This document shows positions 36,430-51,364 of a DNA stretch of 64,000 nucleotides, one piece after another. The DNA comes from Acanthaster planci (taxonomy: Eukaryota): the NCBI RefSeq assembly GCF_001949145.1, contig NW_019091362.1, positions 2,840,204-2,904,203 on the forward strand. Reading direction: 5' to 3'. How positions within the stretch are numbered: position 1 is the first letter of the stretch; each line of letters starts with the position of its first letter. The notes under the pieces were generated by a model. That model was given only the letters and a program-made list of their open reading frames with translations, was not told where the DNA came from and searched no databases. The translations under genes and the position numbers were made by a program.

Positions 36430-38923
36430 ATGCACGAGGCTCAACTTCTGAGGGCAAACTGCCCAAGAAAACTTGTAGCACTCATGAAGGGGGGGGGGTT
36501 TCACACTTTTACGTGATGTAGGGAGAGACCTTTTCAGGTAACAGGCTTTCAGAAGAAATGGGGCTCAGAATACATGTACGTGAACGGGGAACCCAAGTAA
36601 ACACGCACTACAGTTAATAAGTAAATACTGAATAAACGGAGACTTGAAGGTTTGACTCACAAAGTGAACCGCAAAGTCAATCTTCTTGCACCATCAAACT
36701 TTGGTCTTTGTTTAATATCAGAAAACTTTGACTACACTGCACTGACTCTGGGAAAAGGAATAACTGTGTAGTTCATGAAAACAGTGTCTAAAAAAACTCA
36801 ATGGGTAATGTTACAGCTTAACTGAAACAAGACACAAACTTTACTGTATCATCTGAAAAGTATGAAAGAATTGAATTTACATTGAAAAGTCACCAGCGTT
36901 ATTACATGTACCAGTACATGTGAAATCTAACCCTTGGAGAGGGGTTGGAATGCCCATGTCAGAAGGCACGTTAGAAGGGGGGAGAGCTCACTGTCCTGAT
37001 CCACAAGCTCTGGAGGAAGGAACCCCTGATATCGCCTGTGGCTGACCAACAAAACGAGCCTTCACTCCTGGTTGTCTTTCCCACAATTCCATCTACCTGA
37101 GTGGAAAGGCATTACTTCCCCCAAGTACATTGTACAGTTTCCAGTCTAATGCATGACGCAATCAGCTGAGGTACCGGGATGTACAATGGGGGTATTGAAA
37201 CAACCCAGAGAGACACAGTGAACCGTATTTCATTGGAATCAGTCAACTAGACAAACTCTGTTGAACCCAAGCCACCTTGCCAAGTTTCGCACAGCAACTG
37301 GTGAGGCTAGTGTTATTACATCCACAAATAATGCTGAAGAAATTAAAAATATCTATGCAGGAATACCGTGCATAACTGCTGCACTTCCCTCCTCAGAAGT
37401 TACATCTTTTCAAATCAGGTTTAATTACAATTTAATATTTTTCATTCTATCTGTCCATCTACATGTATGAGTTGGTGAAAATAAAAGACTTGAAATAAAT
37501 GATGAAATAAATTTTCAAAATAAAAAAATGTACAGTTTGGTTCGACATGAGCAACTGATGCACTGTTCACAATAAGAATCCCTAAATGAATCAGAAGAAC
37601 ACGGTACATTTCCGTTTTACCAAACAGATTGATTTTTCAACCTTCCACAGCACCCAGCCTTGGGTGCTTTTAAAAAATGAGCAGAACGTGTGTAACCCAG
37701 GCAGATTAAACTCTCTTTGGGACTCCAGATGTTACTGAAGTGCACGGACTAACAAACTTCAAAGGGTGTGATGCACAAAAATCCATCAGCCAAAGATTGC
37801 GGTCAAGGCAGGCCGGACGATCTACTACAGACCCACCAACTGAAAAAATGGAAAAAGTCATGTCATGGATGGCAGATGTAATCTCCCTGCTTTCCTCCTG
37901 CATCTAAGGTGGTTTTCTAGTATGGCCATATGTTATACAGAATGTCTCAAATTATCTGTTCTGCAGATCATCTACTGTGGGCAACCTTTAGATCTGCCTC
38001 GCCTACCAGCACCCCAGTGACTAACTCTCCAACTTTACACAGACCAACATACATGTAAATGTATTTAGAGCAGAGGTTGCATGTGGAGACATGTAAAACC
38101 AAAGTATAGATAGCATCCCCAAGTGGACATTTAAAAGGTGAAATACTTCTGACCTCATGATATTCACTTTGTGTCCTCGCTGAATTCTCTGAACGGACTG
38201 CTCTAACAAAAAAAACTTAGCTGACAACAGCAAATAAAACGCATAGTTCCCAACTCAGGCATACCGATGGTCATACACAAGGGAATTTCTACATTTTAGG
38301 TGGCACTTTAAATTCAGCTGATTGAGTTAGCTTGCTCAATGCTTATGTTTACTGATCGCAGTCTGTGTAAAAGGAGACAATGTTTAGTGAGCAGAAATCA
38401 GGTACTTAACGAGAGTACTGGCCCTTAGGGTCTCAACTGGTTATAGATGATACACAAAAAGTGCTTCTACAGTAATTAATGCAGAGGAAAAAAAAAACAA
38501 AACCCCAGAAATTCAGATGAGAACCAGGCACAAGAGATATGCATTCTGTGTCATATCTGCCGGTAACCTTGTTTTTTTTAATAGTAGTTCATAAATACCC
38601 AAGACAGTTCAGCCATTCCTGTTGGTCAAGAGCCTGTGACATGGCCAGTCTTAATCGGGTGATGAAGCACTGGCTGGCTGTTTCACGCGGCCTGTTTCCA
38701 CAACCTCACGCTGTACGTGCCTCGTGCTGGCCAATCTTCATAGAAGGAGATTGTTTCTGACCACTTTCGACTCAACAGGAACATACCGTTACCATAAAAT
38801 GGCTACAGGGTTTTGAAAAACTGAAGTAAATTTCTTGAACTCGGTAGTTAAAAATTATAATTTTTAAAAATTGTTTAAAGACTTTGCGACTCAAAGGGGA
38901 ATTTATAAATGGGAATTACTGTG

Positions 38924-39036
38924 TGCTAGGCCAGTTTTGAACACTGATAATGTCACTGGCCCGCTTGGGCTCGGGCATTAGCATTGGTTATGCTCCCGAT
39001 CCCGTCTTAAAATGAATGTTTAAGACTGGCCAAGCA
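38924..39036. mobile_element. About 110-bp MITE-like element with GGCCAGT termini
   Basis: Inverted repeats TGCTAGGCCAGTTTTGAACA / TGTTTAAGACTGGCCAAGCA (17/20 match). No clear TSD. Confidence 0.5.
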
Positions 39037-39610
39037 TGTCTTTATTCCCCTAATATTTTGCTGTTTGAAAGCAACGCTGCTTTCTTGTTGGGTTGTCCTT
39101 GTTGCGTTTCATGGGGAATTTTAGGTTTAGCCACTTTGAAAGTGACTCTGTCACTATTTTGGTTATCCCTGCCAGAGGTTCTACCAGTTCGTATGTTTTT
39201 GTTTGTCTGTATATGTGTAGTGGTTGTTGGTACTCTCCCTCGTGGACATGATCGGGTTCAGTAAGAGAGTGTGAGTATTGCTGTGTTGCACTTGAAGGTG
39301 GGTAGTTGCGTTTTTGTGCTGTGTTGATAGTTTGCTTGAGCAGTCTGGCTGCTGAGGTGTGTTTCTGGTTGTTTAGTTACAGTGCAATTATTTATATCTC
39401 TCATGTAATGTATTGAGATGTTTTAAGGTGTGCCTCTTGTATGTAATTTGCATATTTTTGTTTGTCCTTTTATCTGGCAAATAAATGAAATGAAGCTGTG
39501 TTAAGCAAATCTCCTCACTTAATGAAACAGGATTCAGAGTCACAGAGTTGAACAAACACACGAAGTACCTGTTTCCTAATGAGAATAGTTTGTACATGTA
39601 AGTCAAACAG

Positions 39611-39728
39611 TAAGGCCGTGTCCGAAACGGGCTTCCAGAGCTACGGCTAGGTCTACGCATCTCCACGCATTTCTAATGGAGTGAAAAGCTACACCTAGCT
39701 CTAGACAAGAGATTCGGATGCAGCCTTA
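39611..39728. mobile_element. 118-bp MITE-like element
   Basis: Terminal inverted repeats TAAGGCCGTGTCCGAA / TTCGGATGCAGCCTTA (13/16 match) with TA or TWA flanks and a partly palindromic interior. Confidence 0.6.
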
Positions 39729-42700
39729 GACTAGTTTATAAGTCAAAGTACAATGTAAAGTGTAATACTTGAGAGCCAGGCACTACTCATTTTTGCTCAG
39801 AATGAAAAAAAAAATGCCCAGCAATGCTTTCTCTCAAGTGGCCCCATGAATTGATCCCCCGGCCCCAAGGAATGGGCTCTCAACACTGGCTCTGAAGGGT
39901 GTCCAGACATCAGTAGAACCAAAGAGAAAGGAACACCGCCTGGTGAAAGCATCCATACTCCAAATGCAGGTGCATTCATCCGTGCAGTACAAGGAAGGCC
40001 ACACATGAAAAGAGCTGAGCCAGTTGAGCATCTCATCCCAATGCTTAAAATGTGATCTAGCTCTCCGTGAGCAAACAGTGCTGTCCCACCAGTCCAAAAC
40101 AAGCTACAGCCCCCCCCAAAAAAAACCACATATGGGCCTCAGACTGTGAGGAGCCAGTGATGAACCATGAGAGGCTCCTGCATTTACCTCATGAAATGAA
40201 GGACTCTTTGCTGCTAGGTATACCATTCAATGTAGGGGGGGTGTCTAATGCAACCCCTCAAGTGTCTTCTCATTGGACAGTGATGAGGCTATAAAGGGGA
40301 AAAGTACCAGCAACCTTTGCCAACAATGGCCATGACACACTCCTGACAACCTGGGAGAGAGAAGAGCTGGCACTTTTGGTGACACTTAGTCCTCAACATG
40401 CCCCCCCCCCAATGAGACAAGAAAAAGTGCAGCTGCCTCAGATCGTGAACTACAATGCTGCACTTTTGCTTACGACCTTGGCCGCATTTACGCTTCGCTG
40501 CCAAAAAATCCTATTAATATGAAATAGGGGCAACTTTGCGTAGAGTCACTGAGCTAACTGCCTATCACATGGCCTACGTGCAAAACGCTGACACCCCAAT
40601 AATATCCATACACGACAAAGGTCATCGAGATAAAGTGTTGGAAGGAGGGACTCCACTTTTGAAAACAAAATTTAGCGACACGGAAACAACCCCATTTGTG
40701 TCCTGTACAGACATGACAGAAGCCAAATAAATTGTTTATGCATTTTGTCAACCTCCGGACAATATTTACAGCTTGTGCTAGTTTCGTTTCAGCAAAATTG
40801 TGAAAAACTCTTCAACTGAGACCTTGCTTTGACCAACCCGACGCTGCACGTATGTTCACTCCCATGCCCTTGTGCACCACTTAGTTGAGAGTTAGCACAT
40901 GCGCACTCGATCACTTTACTGTGGATTTCGAGGCAGGCGATGTCGGACAACGTTGTGACACTTCTTTCTGCAGATGGAGACCATTATTTAACAAAATACA
41001 AACAAATGAAGTCCACAGAGATAACCAGGTAACTAAAAATTGATCAGAAAACATTAAACCATCGTATTAGAATGAACCAAGTTGCACAAAGTTTGAAACA
41101 AATTCTGAAAAAGTGATTTTAAAAAATATATAAACACAATCAGAAAATACGTCCATGGTCTTTCCCATTTTAAAACAACTCCTCAAGTTTATCCAAACAA
41201 ACAAAATAAAGTGCCGATTGAATTACCATCCGATAAAAATATAGGTTGTATTTTTAAGTTATTGGGAATTGAATATTTTGCCTGAGAATCAATTTGTCCA
41301 TAGAAGTGCATGTATATGTTTACGTGCATTGATGGAATACATGTAAATGTACATGTACAGTACAAGTACATGAACGTGCACATGTGCACACATAAATCAT
41401 GGCTGACCGATCGACAGAGAGTCAAAATTGAAATTGATCAAACTAACAAAGGACAATTTGTAATAGTTTAAATGTAACATGATAATCTTTTTCAAACACT
41501 GTTTCAATTATTAAGATATGCAGCATGTGTGGAAAAACTGGAGAACAATTTCAATTTTTGAGTTTAAAATACCCTTTTTTATGTTCGGAAATATAACGTA
41601 CACAGACTTTTTTTTAACCCCATTTCCTCCCAAATGTCACATATGACTAACAAGAAACACATCACAAAATAAAACCCAAAGCCTGATTATATTTCTCTGT
41701 TTACCAAGTCTAAGAACAGTGTTGTTCGGCCAGTCTAATACCAACCACACTGATAAATTCACCAAAGCTGTGGAAAAACTTGCCAATTCAAAAGGTCATC
41801 TTCGTCAAGCAGGAGTGCGCAGAAATTTCAAAGGTATGATCAAAGTGTTAGAAATGAAAAATTGGAATTTCTGGGAAACATGAGGTTGGGTATGTGAATA
41901 ATTCATGGGAGTAGATCACATTCTGTCAACTTTTAAAAGGATTCTCACAGTCGGATTTGCTGAGCTCTGCCGAACTCTGCTACACCTGGGGCCCTCGGGC
42001 CAATTTCCTCCCCTATTTCTGGACACAACATATTTTATCCCTTGTCTAAGTATATTTTAGCAGAGTTTAAAAAGCAAATTGAGGTTGTTTGGGGGTTTGA
42101 CTTTTATTGAAAAAGGAAATTTAGCATCACATATTGACAAACACTTGGTTAACAATTAGAGTGACATGGAAAAAGACACTGAAGAAAAATACCACACACG
42201 TAGTAATGTTTCATATTTACACTATATTGAGTATATTCACATTTCGGTATATGTAGATCATACCAGTTTTCTGACAGAACAAATGATGTAGGCAGATTCT
42301 TGTTTTATGCAGGGTATTTACAGTGCAATTGCAATATTTTTTGTGGATGGAAACTTTCAAAAAAATAACTACTGTATAAAATGCCAGGACCGGTGTTATA
42401 GTTGAGACCATCATAAGTTCATATGACCAAACAGGAGACTAGACACAAGATAAGTCACATGACCACTCACAATGAACAATGACAATGGTATGTTTTTGTG
42501 GAAATTCATTTCCAAAGCTTACAACTTGTCAGACTGGAGGCCTTGTGTTGGTCTTTGGGGTCTTATGCAAGGGGGGGGGTGTGATTTTAAAAGTGGGGGA
42601 CAGTTGTGAGACCATTAGGCATCGGCATACTTACAGACCAATCAGTTGAGCCCTGCCCCATTACAAGACCTGCCAAAAGTGGGACACGTCCCGACCCCCA

Positions 42701-45700
42701 AAAAAGTGTGGGAGGAGGGCACAAGCCTCCTTCCCTTCACCGCCAGTGATCTTTTGATGGTTCTGACAAGAGCTACAAAAAACTACGGTACCAGCATCTC
42801 TCTACTCAGTCTAGGAAAAATATACGATTGATCCATGTTGATGTGGGCATGGAATGCAAACCTGTGAATGCACTTCGCGTGATAGTCATCACTACTGTAC
42901 TGTGAGCTTCCATCAAAGATGAGAAAACCACAGGGTGAGAAAAGTAATAGATAACCTAAAAGGTTGGATGGGCAAGGATGTCATTTCCTACGCACTTTTT
43001 TTTTAAACATTACATCGTCTAAATTGAGTTGTGGTGGGGGGCAAGAAAGCCAGGGCAAACACAGGTGCACTTTTGGAGTTTGCATAGTGCTCACGCACAG
43101 TTTGATGTATTTGCCAAATGAGCCCAATATGCCGAGTCTTGGAACCGGACTAAGAGTGTGAAGTCGTACATACCAGGGTTGGCATTTGATTCGCTGTAGA
43201 CAGCTCAACGTGACTAAACTGTGGTCCTCCTAGAGTTTAAAAGAAATTAACTCTGCTCGTAAATGCAGCTACCACCTTCATCCTTTACTATCAGCTCTTC
43301 CGTAACTGACAAGAGAATGTGAAATTACGGTCAAAGCTTGGACAGTTTTCTGACCACTTTTGGAATGTCCCCGACCAAAAGCAGAAGTATTCGGACAAAA
43401 TGCCCACAGGAAAGAACACAGATAAAAGTCCCAGAAGTGTAAAAGTCTCATCAATGTTTTTACCCAAAGACTTAGGTATTTGGTAAGTAATTTTTTTTCA
43501 TTGTTCAGAAAAAAATATACGTATGACTGTTGTGCATTTGTATTGTGAAGAAGGAGAGAGTCAGGGGAAAAGTTCATCCCGATCCAGCACAGGTGTCCAA
43601 CTTCAGACCGAAGATGGTCAAGCCGTCAGACTGGGGAAAATCAGATGAATGGAGACCTGACACCATTCCATTCTGTAAAAAACCTTGGCTACGGCTGCAT
43701 CGGAATGACTAGGCCTGGGCATGACTACTATTGCAGATGACCCCGTCTGGGCGAAGCTGTGAGCTTGCTGCAGCTGCTTCACCCATTTCAGGACTGTTTT
43801 CCTCAAATATGTACGACCTCCCCTTCACTTAAAGTGGATTCAAACTCAAACACACAACCATATCATGCACGCTGTACAGTGTGTCAGACCAATAACAGTG
43901 CCGAGTACATTTACATATGTACGGAGGGGTGGAAAAAGTACACAACGAAAAAGCCGGGGGGGGGAATGCATCTGTGCAAGAAACAAAGTTGATTTCCAGC
44001 ACTGCTGTCAATCCCTTGGTGCTGTCACGCAACCAGAGCCCGCCTCTATGCCCTGATCCACATCCCCGCTTGGGAGCAGATGCCGCGGTGGACCACCGTT
44101 AAACAAAAAAACAGCGTGATCTCGAGTCATACACTCCAGGTCATCCTTTCTTCCTCTCCGTTTGATTTTTCAATCAGTTCTTGCCTCCGCTACTTAGTCA
44201 GAATCCAGTGTGTCTGACCGACCGATCAGCTCTTGCCCTGGAAATGAGAGTCAACGTCTCGTTGGTCATGCAATTCCAGAAAATGTTTGCTTTGAGTTAC
44301 ATGTACAGTGCGTTTCATCAACCCCCCCCCTTTTTTTTAATAAAAGTGAATGTTCAAAAGAATGTGTTCAAGGGCCATTCCCTCTGGATCCAGTTCATTA
44401 ATCTTCCTTCTGAAATGCATCTCAGAGTGTGTCACTGTCAACCTCACAACTCATCTATCAAAACACATGATGGGGCTTCCTATGAGAAGGGGGGGGGACA
44501 ACATTGATATTGTATTGGCTGCTTCAGTGGCATTTCAAGGAGGACCCTCTTGGCACAGACTGTACATGTACAAGCAAGCAGCTGGCTAGCAGACTTGAGA
44601 GTAACTGGACAAACCAGTGCATTTACCAGTAGGATAATTGGTGACTTTGGGACATTCGCACATTTACGGAGATCTGGCACAGACTGGCTGGCAGGTCGGA
44701 ACAATTCATGCCGGGGCATGCATTATTCATGGCATGGATTTTGACAAAAGAATTAATTCTCTCCCTAGTCTTCTGACTCATAATGCACATGTGCGATAAT
44801 TTATTCACCTGCATTCATGTTGGGAAAGTGTGCCAACGGGTGCGCTGACTAATTCATTGATGTTTAGGGAGAATCCCAAAAGTGCATAATGTGGCAATTT
44901 TTTTTTTCTGCAATCTGTGCCGTTATTTCATCCAATATTCCCGCATTTGTCACAAAAGCATGGATGAGTCCTTCATTTAGCATTGGAAAGGCACTCTCAA
45001 AATGAGAATAGGAAAGTTAAAACTTAGGACAGAATATTGGTTTACGAAGCTTAACAATGCTTTGATACTCAAGCAAATGCCAGAGCCTTTTTTTGGAGAA
45101 GCTAGAGTTACAATTATACATAAAACCTTTGATTTTTTAAATAGAATTTTCTAACAGCTTCTAACCAAAACCTCACAAGCTCTTTCAACCAGAAAATACT
45201 AGTAATCACATTGTAACATCTCACCACTGGGCTAATTATCTTGCTGAGGTTAACAGACAGATTCTCTGTTAAAACCCCTAAAATGTTCCTCGATTTTCTG
45301 AGCTCAATCAGTAAAAGTGACAACAACAGGTACGACAAAAACTTCCCACAACCACGTACACCTATGTATTGGCAGACAGAAGAAAACATTTTCTAAGAAA
45401 TATTCACAAATCTCCAAGATGAGATTGTCACACTTTCTGGAGAGAAAAAAAAACAACAAAACAAAACAAAAACAGGTCAGGTATTCTTTTTTCTCCCCAT
45501 TCTGATGGTTGTCATGGCAGGCTTCATATTAATGGGCCCAGGCCTACAGACAATTCCCCAGTGAATCAGCCCATGGGGGAATGTCTGACAATCTCAGATG
45601 AGCCATGGCAATTGCCTACACCTCATCCAGTCAACATCACGCTGCACTACCGGTACGATCCCATGGGGGGAGGTTGGTTGCAGGAAAACATATATAGGAG

Positions 45701-48700
45701 AATTATGCCACACAGTGGGGGGGGGGCCTTCTGGCGAAAGTGCAGCAGGTCTGGTGAGAAAGAGGGACATAGCTTTGAATCATTCTTCCCACAACAGCAG
45801 ATTTTTCCTGTCAGTTCAAGACAGGTTGCAGGAAGCCTAGCCTGGCTGGTAACCTGGCTGAGCCACTGTTGTATAGCCTTGCGACCTTTCCTGTTTATTA
45901 ATTACACCGTACTCCGTTACTTGGACAGGAGAGAGAAAGTCAGGAAAACATCCTTGTCAGCAATTACCCCTCCCCATAATTAGGCCAGCAAATTGCTGTA
46001 CATCTCATCCTTATGACCTCCAAAACACAGCCACAGACTTGATTAAATGGACAAGGCACTCAATGACACACAGGCTGGGAAAGATGCCATGATGGCTTTC
46101 TCAGAAAAATCTCAAAATAGACTTTTGCAAGTTGGGCCTCAGACACTATATGCACAAACACCCACCCCCCATGATGAAGAAAATGAGCAAGGTAGGAAGG
46201 CAACGCATCTGTGCTCAAATGTGTTCCGCTGCAAAGACAGTACCTGCTTAAAGTACACATTCTGGTCTGGTTGTGAGCACTCAATGTCACATGAACATAA
46301 ACCTCAGGGTCCAACACAGTGAGTTCTTCAATACCATCTATAGTCTCTGTTCACACCAATTTCTTCTGCAATGGAAAAAACATTACTGAAACTCTGGAGA
46401 TTGCATAATATTTTTTTAAAGCACAGTAAATGAGGTGCCTTTAAAAACCATATGTCCTTTACCCTCCATTTTACATTAAAAAAAATCACTTTCACATTAA
46501 AAAAATCACTTCAGGAGAAATCCTCCAGGCTGCTAGAAATGCTCAATTAATCTCATTAGACAGACCAGCACTTAGGAGGAATTCTTCCAGCTCATGATCT
46601 GGGGCAGCAAGTCCCTTAGCTCTGTCACTGCCTCTAGTCCCTGCATGCTTTTGTTTGGGGCTTATGTCCTTCAAAACAGGACAGGGGGGAATTTATCTGT
46701 CTGACCAAGGAGCTGACTGTGCTACTTGATCCCTTCTACTAATTAGATTGGTGACTTAATGGCTTGCCTGACTAGTCCCATGGATTGGCCTGGTGTCCTC
46801 ACAGTCAGGACATCACACTGGTGAGAGAGGGGCCACAGAGAGAGGTGGTGCAGCTTCTAGGCTCTAAAAGCTGGCATTCCATTACTGTGACAGCCATTCC
46901 TAAGTGGCAGAATCTCAGGAGAGTTGGGGGGAGACAAAGGGGCACTAATTTCTACTGGTTGGTCAAATTTTGGAGATTCACCCAGGTGTTTCATGGGCAA
47001 CCCAGCCCTGATCAGAACCAAGTTTTAGAATCACGATCCAAGTTGACTAAATGGGGACTCAAAATCATGACGCAATAATCAAATCATGAAACAAAATATG
47101 CAGTTCATGCTGTATGGATTACCTCAGAAGTGCAAGAAGGAAAGTTTCTACTCCACAATTCAAATTCAGATAGGACGAAGACAAAATATTTTGATAGCAT
47201 GCAGTTTAAGCCACAACTTAAAATACATCTGGTAAGACAAGGTTTACAATGACAAATTGTTTATTAAATTGTTACTCAACACTTTTTTTGGATTCAGGGA
47301 CAAACTGATGGCAAAATCTTCTCTTTTGTAAAAAAAATTAAGCTGGAATTTGTAGTTCAGAAATAAAATAAATGCAGGAACATTTAGAAGAATACCTTCT
47401 AAAATGTTCTATCAATTATCAGTAACGACAGGCCTATGCAATCTTCTGACTTCAACTGTACGTGACAGACAATGTGATAAATGAATACATGTTACAAACA
47501 AGTACATCTTTTTGAAGTGACAAATGTTCTCAACATCAAAAGCGTAAGCCATGTGGCAAATCAATCAAGGAAATTCTAATTAAGGAATAAGCACCAGGCA
47601 ATATCCCTCAGCCAATATGGAAGTTTCGTCTCATTAAGACAGAGAGTCACAGACCAAGACATACCCAGAACATCATTATGTAACACCGTGTGTTGTATCA
47701 AATCGAAAAGTGCAAACATATGGTTTATATATACATTACTGTCACAACAAACCTACTGCAGGAAACTTGTTCCGTATCATACAAAAGCGGTAGAACCAGT
47801 CAAATGAGGAATGACTTGGTGCAAAATTGGCTTTACTGTGATGGCAAACATGAAACGTTTGGGGTTTGGGAGGGGAAAAACTCAAGCGTGTTTGACTGTT
47901 TGGAAGAAATGGACGGCAGTGCTAGAATTTGAAGATATCTGTCCATGTGTTTGAAAATAAAAGCAGATGATGCAAAGATGTGCATGTACAATGTAGCACT
48001 GGAATTCTAGCCTTGAAACTCATTTCTCAGAAAGTCTGTGCCACGAACTCTGCAACATCATGGGTCTCCTGGCAGCTTGGCCTAGATCATATGGTCGGCT
48101 GACGGCCCAACTAACTAACCGGCAGAATGTGGATGATGTATTGGCTAGCAAGACAGGGAGCCCCAGTACCAGACACCTCAGTCAATATTCATGGGGGGGG
48201 GGGCAAAATGTAAAAATGTTGACTGTGGTAATAAGAGAGAAATTGGCATTGAGAGCAGAGGAGTCGAGGAGCAAGACTCTGATGGTCTACTCTTGACCCT
48301 TCAGTCTGCTTTCCCCACTCCACTCCCAACCTTCTAATTCCGCCTCTTCTTGTTTTCTCTCTGGTTGTCTCCCTAATATTGTCATCTATTTTGCCATTAT
48401 CTAGCAGTCTAGCATGGGAGCTGACGAATCTCTCTTCCCATGGGAACACCGAATCTTTGCCGTTTGTGAAACCAGTACAGCCCTAATCTTAGTGTGTCTG
48501 TTTGCACTTGATTGCATGCAGGGAAACACGGGACCATCCAATAATGCATGTATTCTCTTCCCTCCTGATTTGTTATTTTTCAATATGTGGAATGTTTGCA
48601 TATCTCTTGCAGGTGGGTTGGGGAACAGGTAAGTTTTATCTGAATATCTGTTCTCTGCTCGTTAATAAATATTAGATTTCCACTGTTGGCTTAGAAATGA

Positions 48701-50677
48701 AAGCAAAGTTTTGTATGCAGTCAAAATATTCCAAACCAGTAAATACAACACAACGAACCCTGCCAGCCTTGGCACACAATACTATAATGCATAATTCGCA
48801 CACAGGAAACAAGCTGGTGAATGTCCGTGGCAAGGGCCCGGTTTTGCAGTGCTGTTAGGCAGAGAAGATTGGTTAGCAAATTGGCTACACTGAGAACTAG
48901 TCCCAAGCAATGTACTTGGTATTATTGGCGGGTACCCTGTTTTTCCAACTACCTAAGCAAACTTTATCCCTGCTTAGCAAAGGTCTTTAGTCGGAAGCTC
49001 CTTGAAATTGGGCCAAAACCAGCCAAGCTACTTGATTTTGCAATGTCAGTCTATTTTCAGCTAACTCAAAATGGGCAGCTACAGTGCTCAGAAGAAATTA
49101 GACACATCCTCGAAGATAACTTGCCTCAACAACAATCTCCATAAACATTTTTTAACCAATTTCAAGTTGCTGACAGGGAAGGAAGTCAAAGATTACGGAA
49201 GGTTTGTCACTGGTCGAGACTAAAGCATACCAGATTGAGAAAACAGGATTTGTGAATTTCACATCAAAATCTGAATCCCTGCACTTGGCAAAACAGTGAA
49301 AACTCATAAGTCATATTAAGGTTTACTGCTAAACTTCATTTCAACATCATGTACCAACTTTGTTCCCATATGAAAAAAACTGCTTCGTCAACTACTACAT
49401 ATATTTTACCATACATGGCCTGTTTCAAAACTTTTCACAAACTCCCTAATAACAAACAGCCTTTACATTATGGTTTCAGACTCAAGCCCTTGGAGAATAC
49501 CACTGCTCTCAATATGTCCAAATCTGTCATTTTGTGGCATATCCTCAAAACGCATTTCAAATTAAATGAAAAAGTTGTTTTCTAACTCTGACAACTTCTC
49601 CCGCCCCCTCTGGCATTTCTGGCCTGGAATGGCAGCTTAACAAATCCGCTGAAATCTGCCGCCAACCCCTCCCTCCCAAATCAAAGGGATTGCACAGGTC
49701 CTTCTGTCTTTCATTAGGCCCCCAATGTCACCTGGGAAAGGTCCCGGGGTCATGCAGCACAGTAAAAAACAATCAGCTCCCGCCATTATTGCTAGCTTCT
49801 GTTCTTGACAGGGGAATTAGTGGGGCTAGCCCAGATTCACAGGTTGGTATTCCCTATCAAATCTCTGCACATTCAGCTGTTGTACATTTATAACGTTCCA
49901 TCACTTGCTGCCAAACAAAACAGTTTTCGGATCAGAGGAGAAATATCTCTACAAAAAGAACGGACACAAGGAACACAGTTTCATGGCCTATTTTTATTCC
50001 ACTGTAAAATTACCCTTCCCTAGACAAACTCTGGAGTAAGTGGTGTAGGCATTGCCACCTGGAACCTTGCAAAATTTGTACACTAACGAGGTCCAAAACC
50101 AAACCATAGATTAGTACAACCTTTGCAATAAAAAGGTGGAACACCAAGTAACAATGCCAATGTTTTTACGGCCAGAGTATTAAGGGGGTTCTTTGCTCCA
50201 ACTTGGGCCACGTGAAGAAAGATGAAATGAGTAAAGAATGAAAGATAAAACACAAACTGGAATTACTTCTGACAGAAGTTGTATGATAAAGCCTATTTTT
50301 AATATACAGGTGTATTTTATTGCTTACCGTAGCACTAGTGTAGGAATCCCTATGAAATTTTTCACTGGGGCAAAGTCACAGAGAGTCTTGGGTTAAAATT
50401 TGTACTACAATCTGGAAACACTGCCTAAAGTGACTGGTCCCCTTGTATTATAACACAGAATACTAAGTCTGGAAATAGCTGACAAATGTCAAAGACTTGC
50501 TTGGAATATTGTTTTACAATGAACACAAGCGTCTTACACATACCATAGCAGGAGTTCAAAAATAAACACCCAAATACTGTTGTGAAATAAGTGGATGAAG
50601 GAGAGGGGTGTTTGCAATGTGCTCTTTCCAAAATGTATAAACTTATCAGTCAGCAAAGCACAGTAAGGTCACAGCAA

Positions 50678-50693
50678 AAAGGTCATGACCTTT
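50678..50693. promoter_or_regulatory. Perfect IR0 nuclear-receptor palindrome AAAGGTCATGACCTTT
   Basis: 16-bp perfect palindrome containing AGGTCA-TGACCT, with a third AGGTCA at 50666-50671. Confidence 0.4.
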
Positions 50694-51364
50694 ATAGGCA
50701 GCAAGGTGAAAAAAAAAAAACCCACCCTTAAAAATCCCAGACTCTGAAATGTTATTCAGGTATGGTACATTTAGCAGCCCCGAGGGGGGTCAAAAATGAG
50801 AGTGTGGGGTGCCCTAGGGCGCGCCTGGGGGACGGTCCATATTTAAGAATACTTGGCATAGTTTCTCGCTTGCACTGCTGGGAATTCCTAATTTTAAGCG
50901 GCCTTTTTTTTTTTCTCTCTTTTTTTTTTTAAGAAGCCATGGAAATGAATTTTTTGGTTGGTGTCTAAGGGAGTACAGTATGTTTGCCATTTGGGGCATG
51001 GTAATAATTACTGACTGCAAAAAAATGCAATGATGTGCACCTACAGTATGCAGGAATTTTTTTTATTTTTTTTTTTTGGTGTCTATTTCTTTGGCTGTAT
51101 TTTATTGCTTGGTTTTTGCAACCATTGCAACATATGGCACATCACATGCCCCAGTCACTCAATAGCCTCCGATGATGAAGCTCTACGGGAACATCAGGCA
51201 CTCATAGGCCGATGGGGGAAAGGAATCAATATTTTTCTGATTAGAATTTGCACGTGAGCCGAAGTGTTTGTAAAATTGTAATGCGGCAACCAGATTCCCC
51301 AAATGGGATCAATCTCAAGATGTGGTTTTAACAGAACAACCAAACATGGTGGAAGAACACTTAC

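Noticed and set aside
46470..46511. Short tandem duplications (also 181-200 and about 61666-61715) as a CRISPR-like or functional array
   Set aside because: Only two units each with no spacers; ordinary slippage products.
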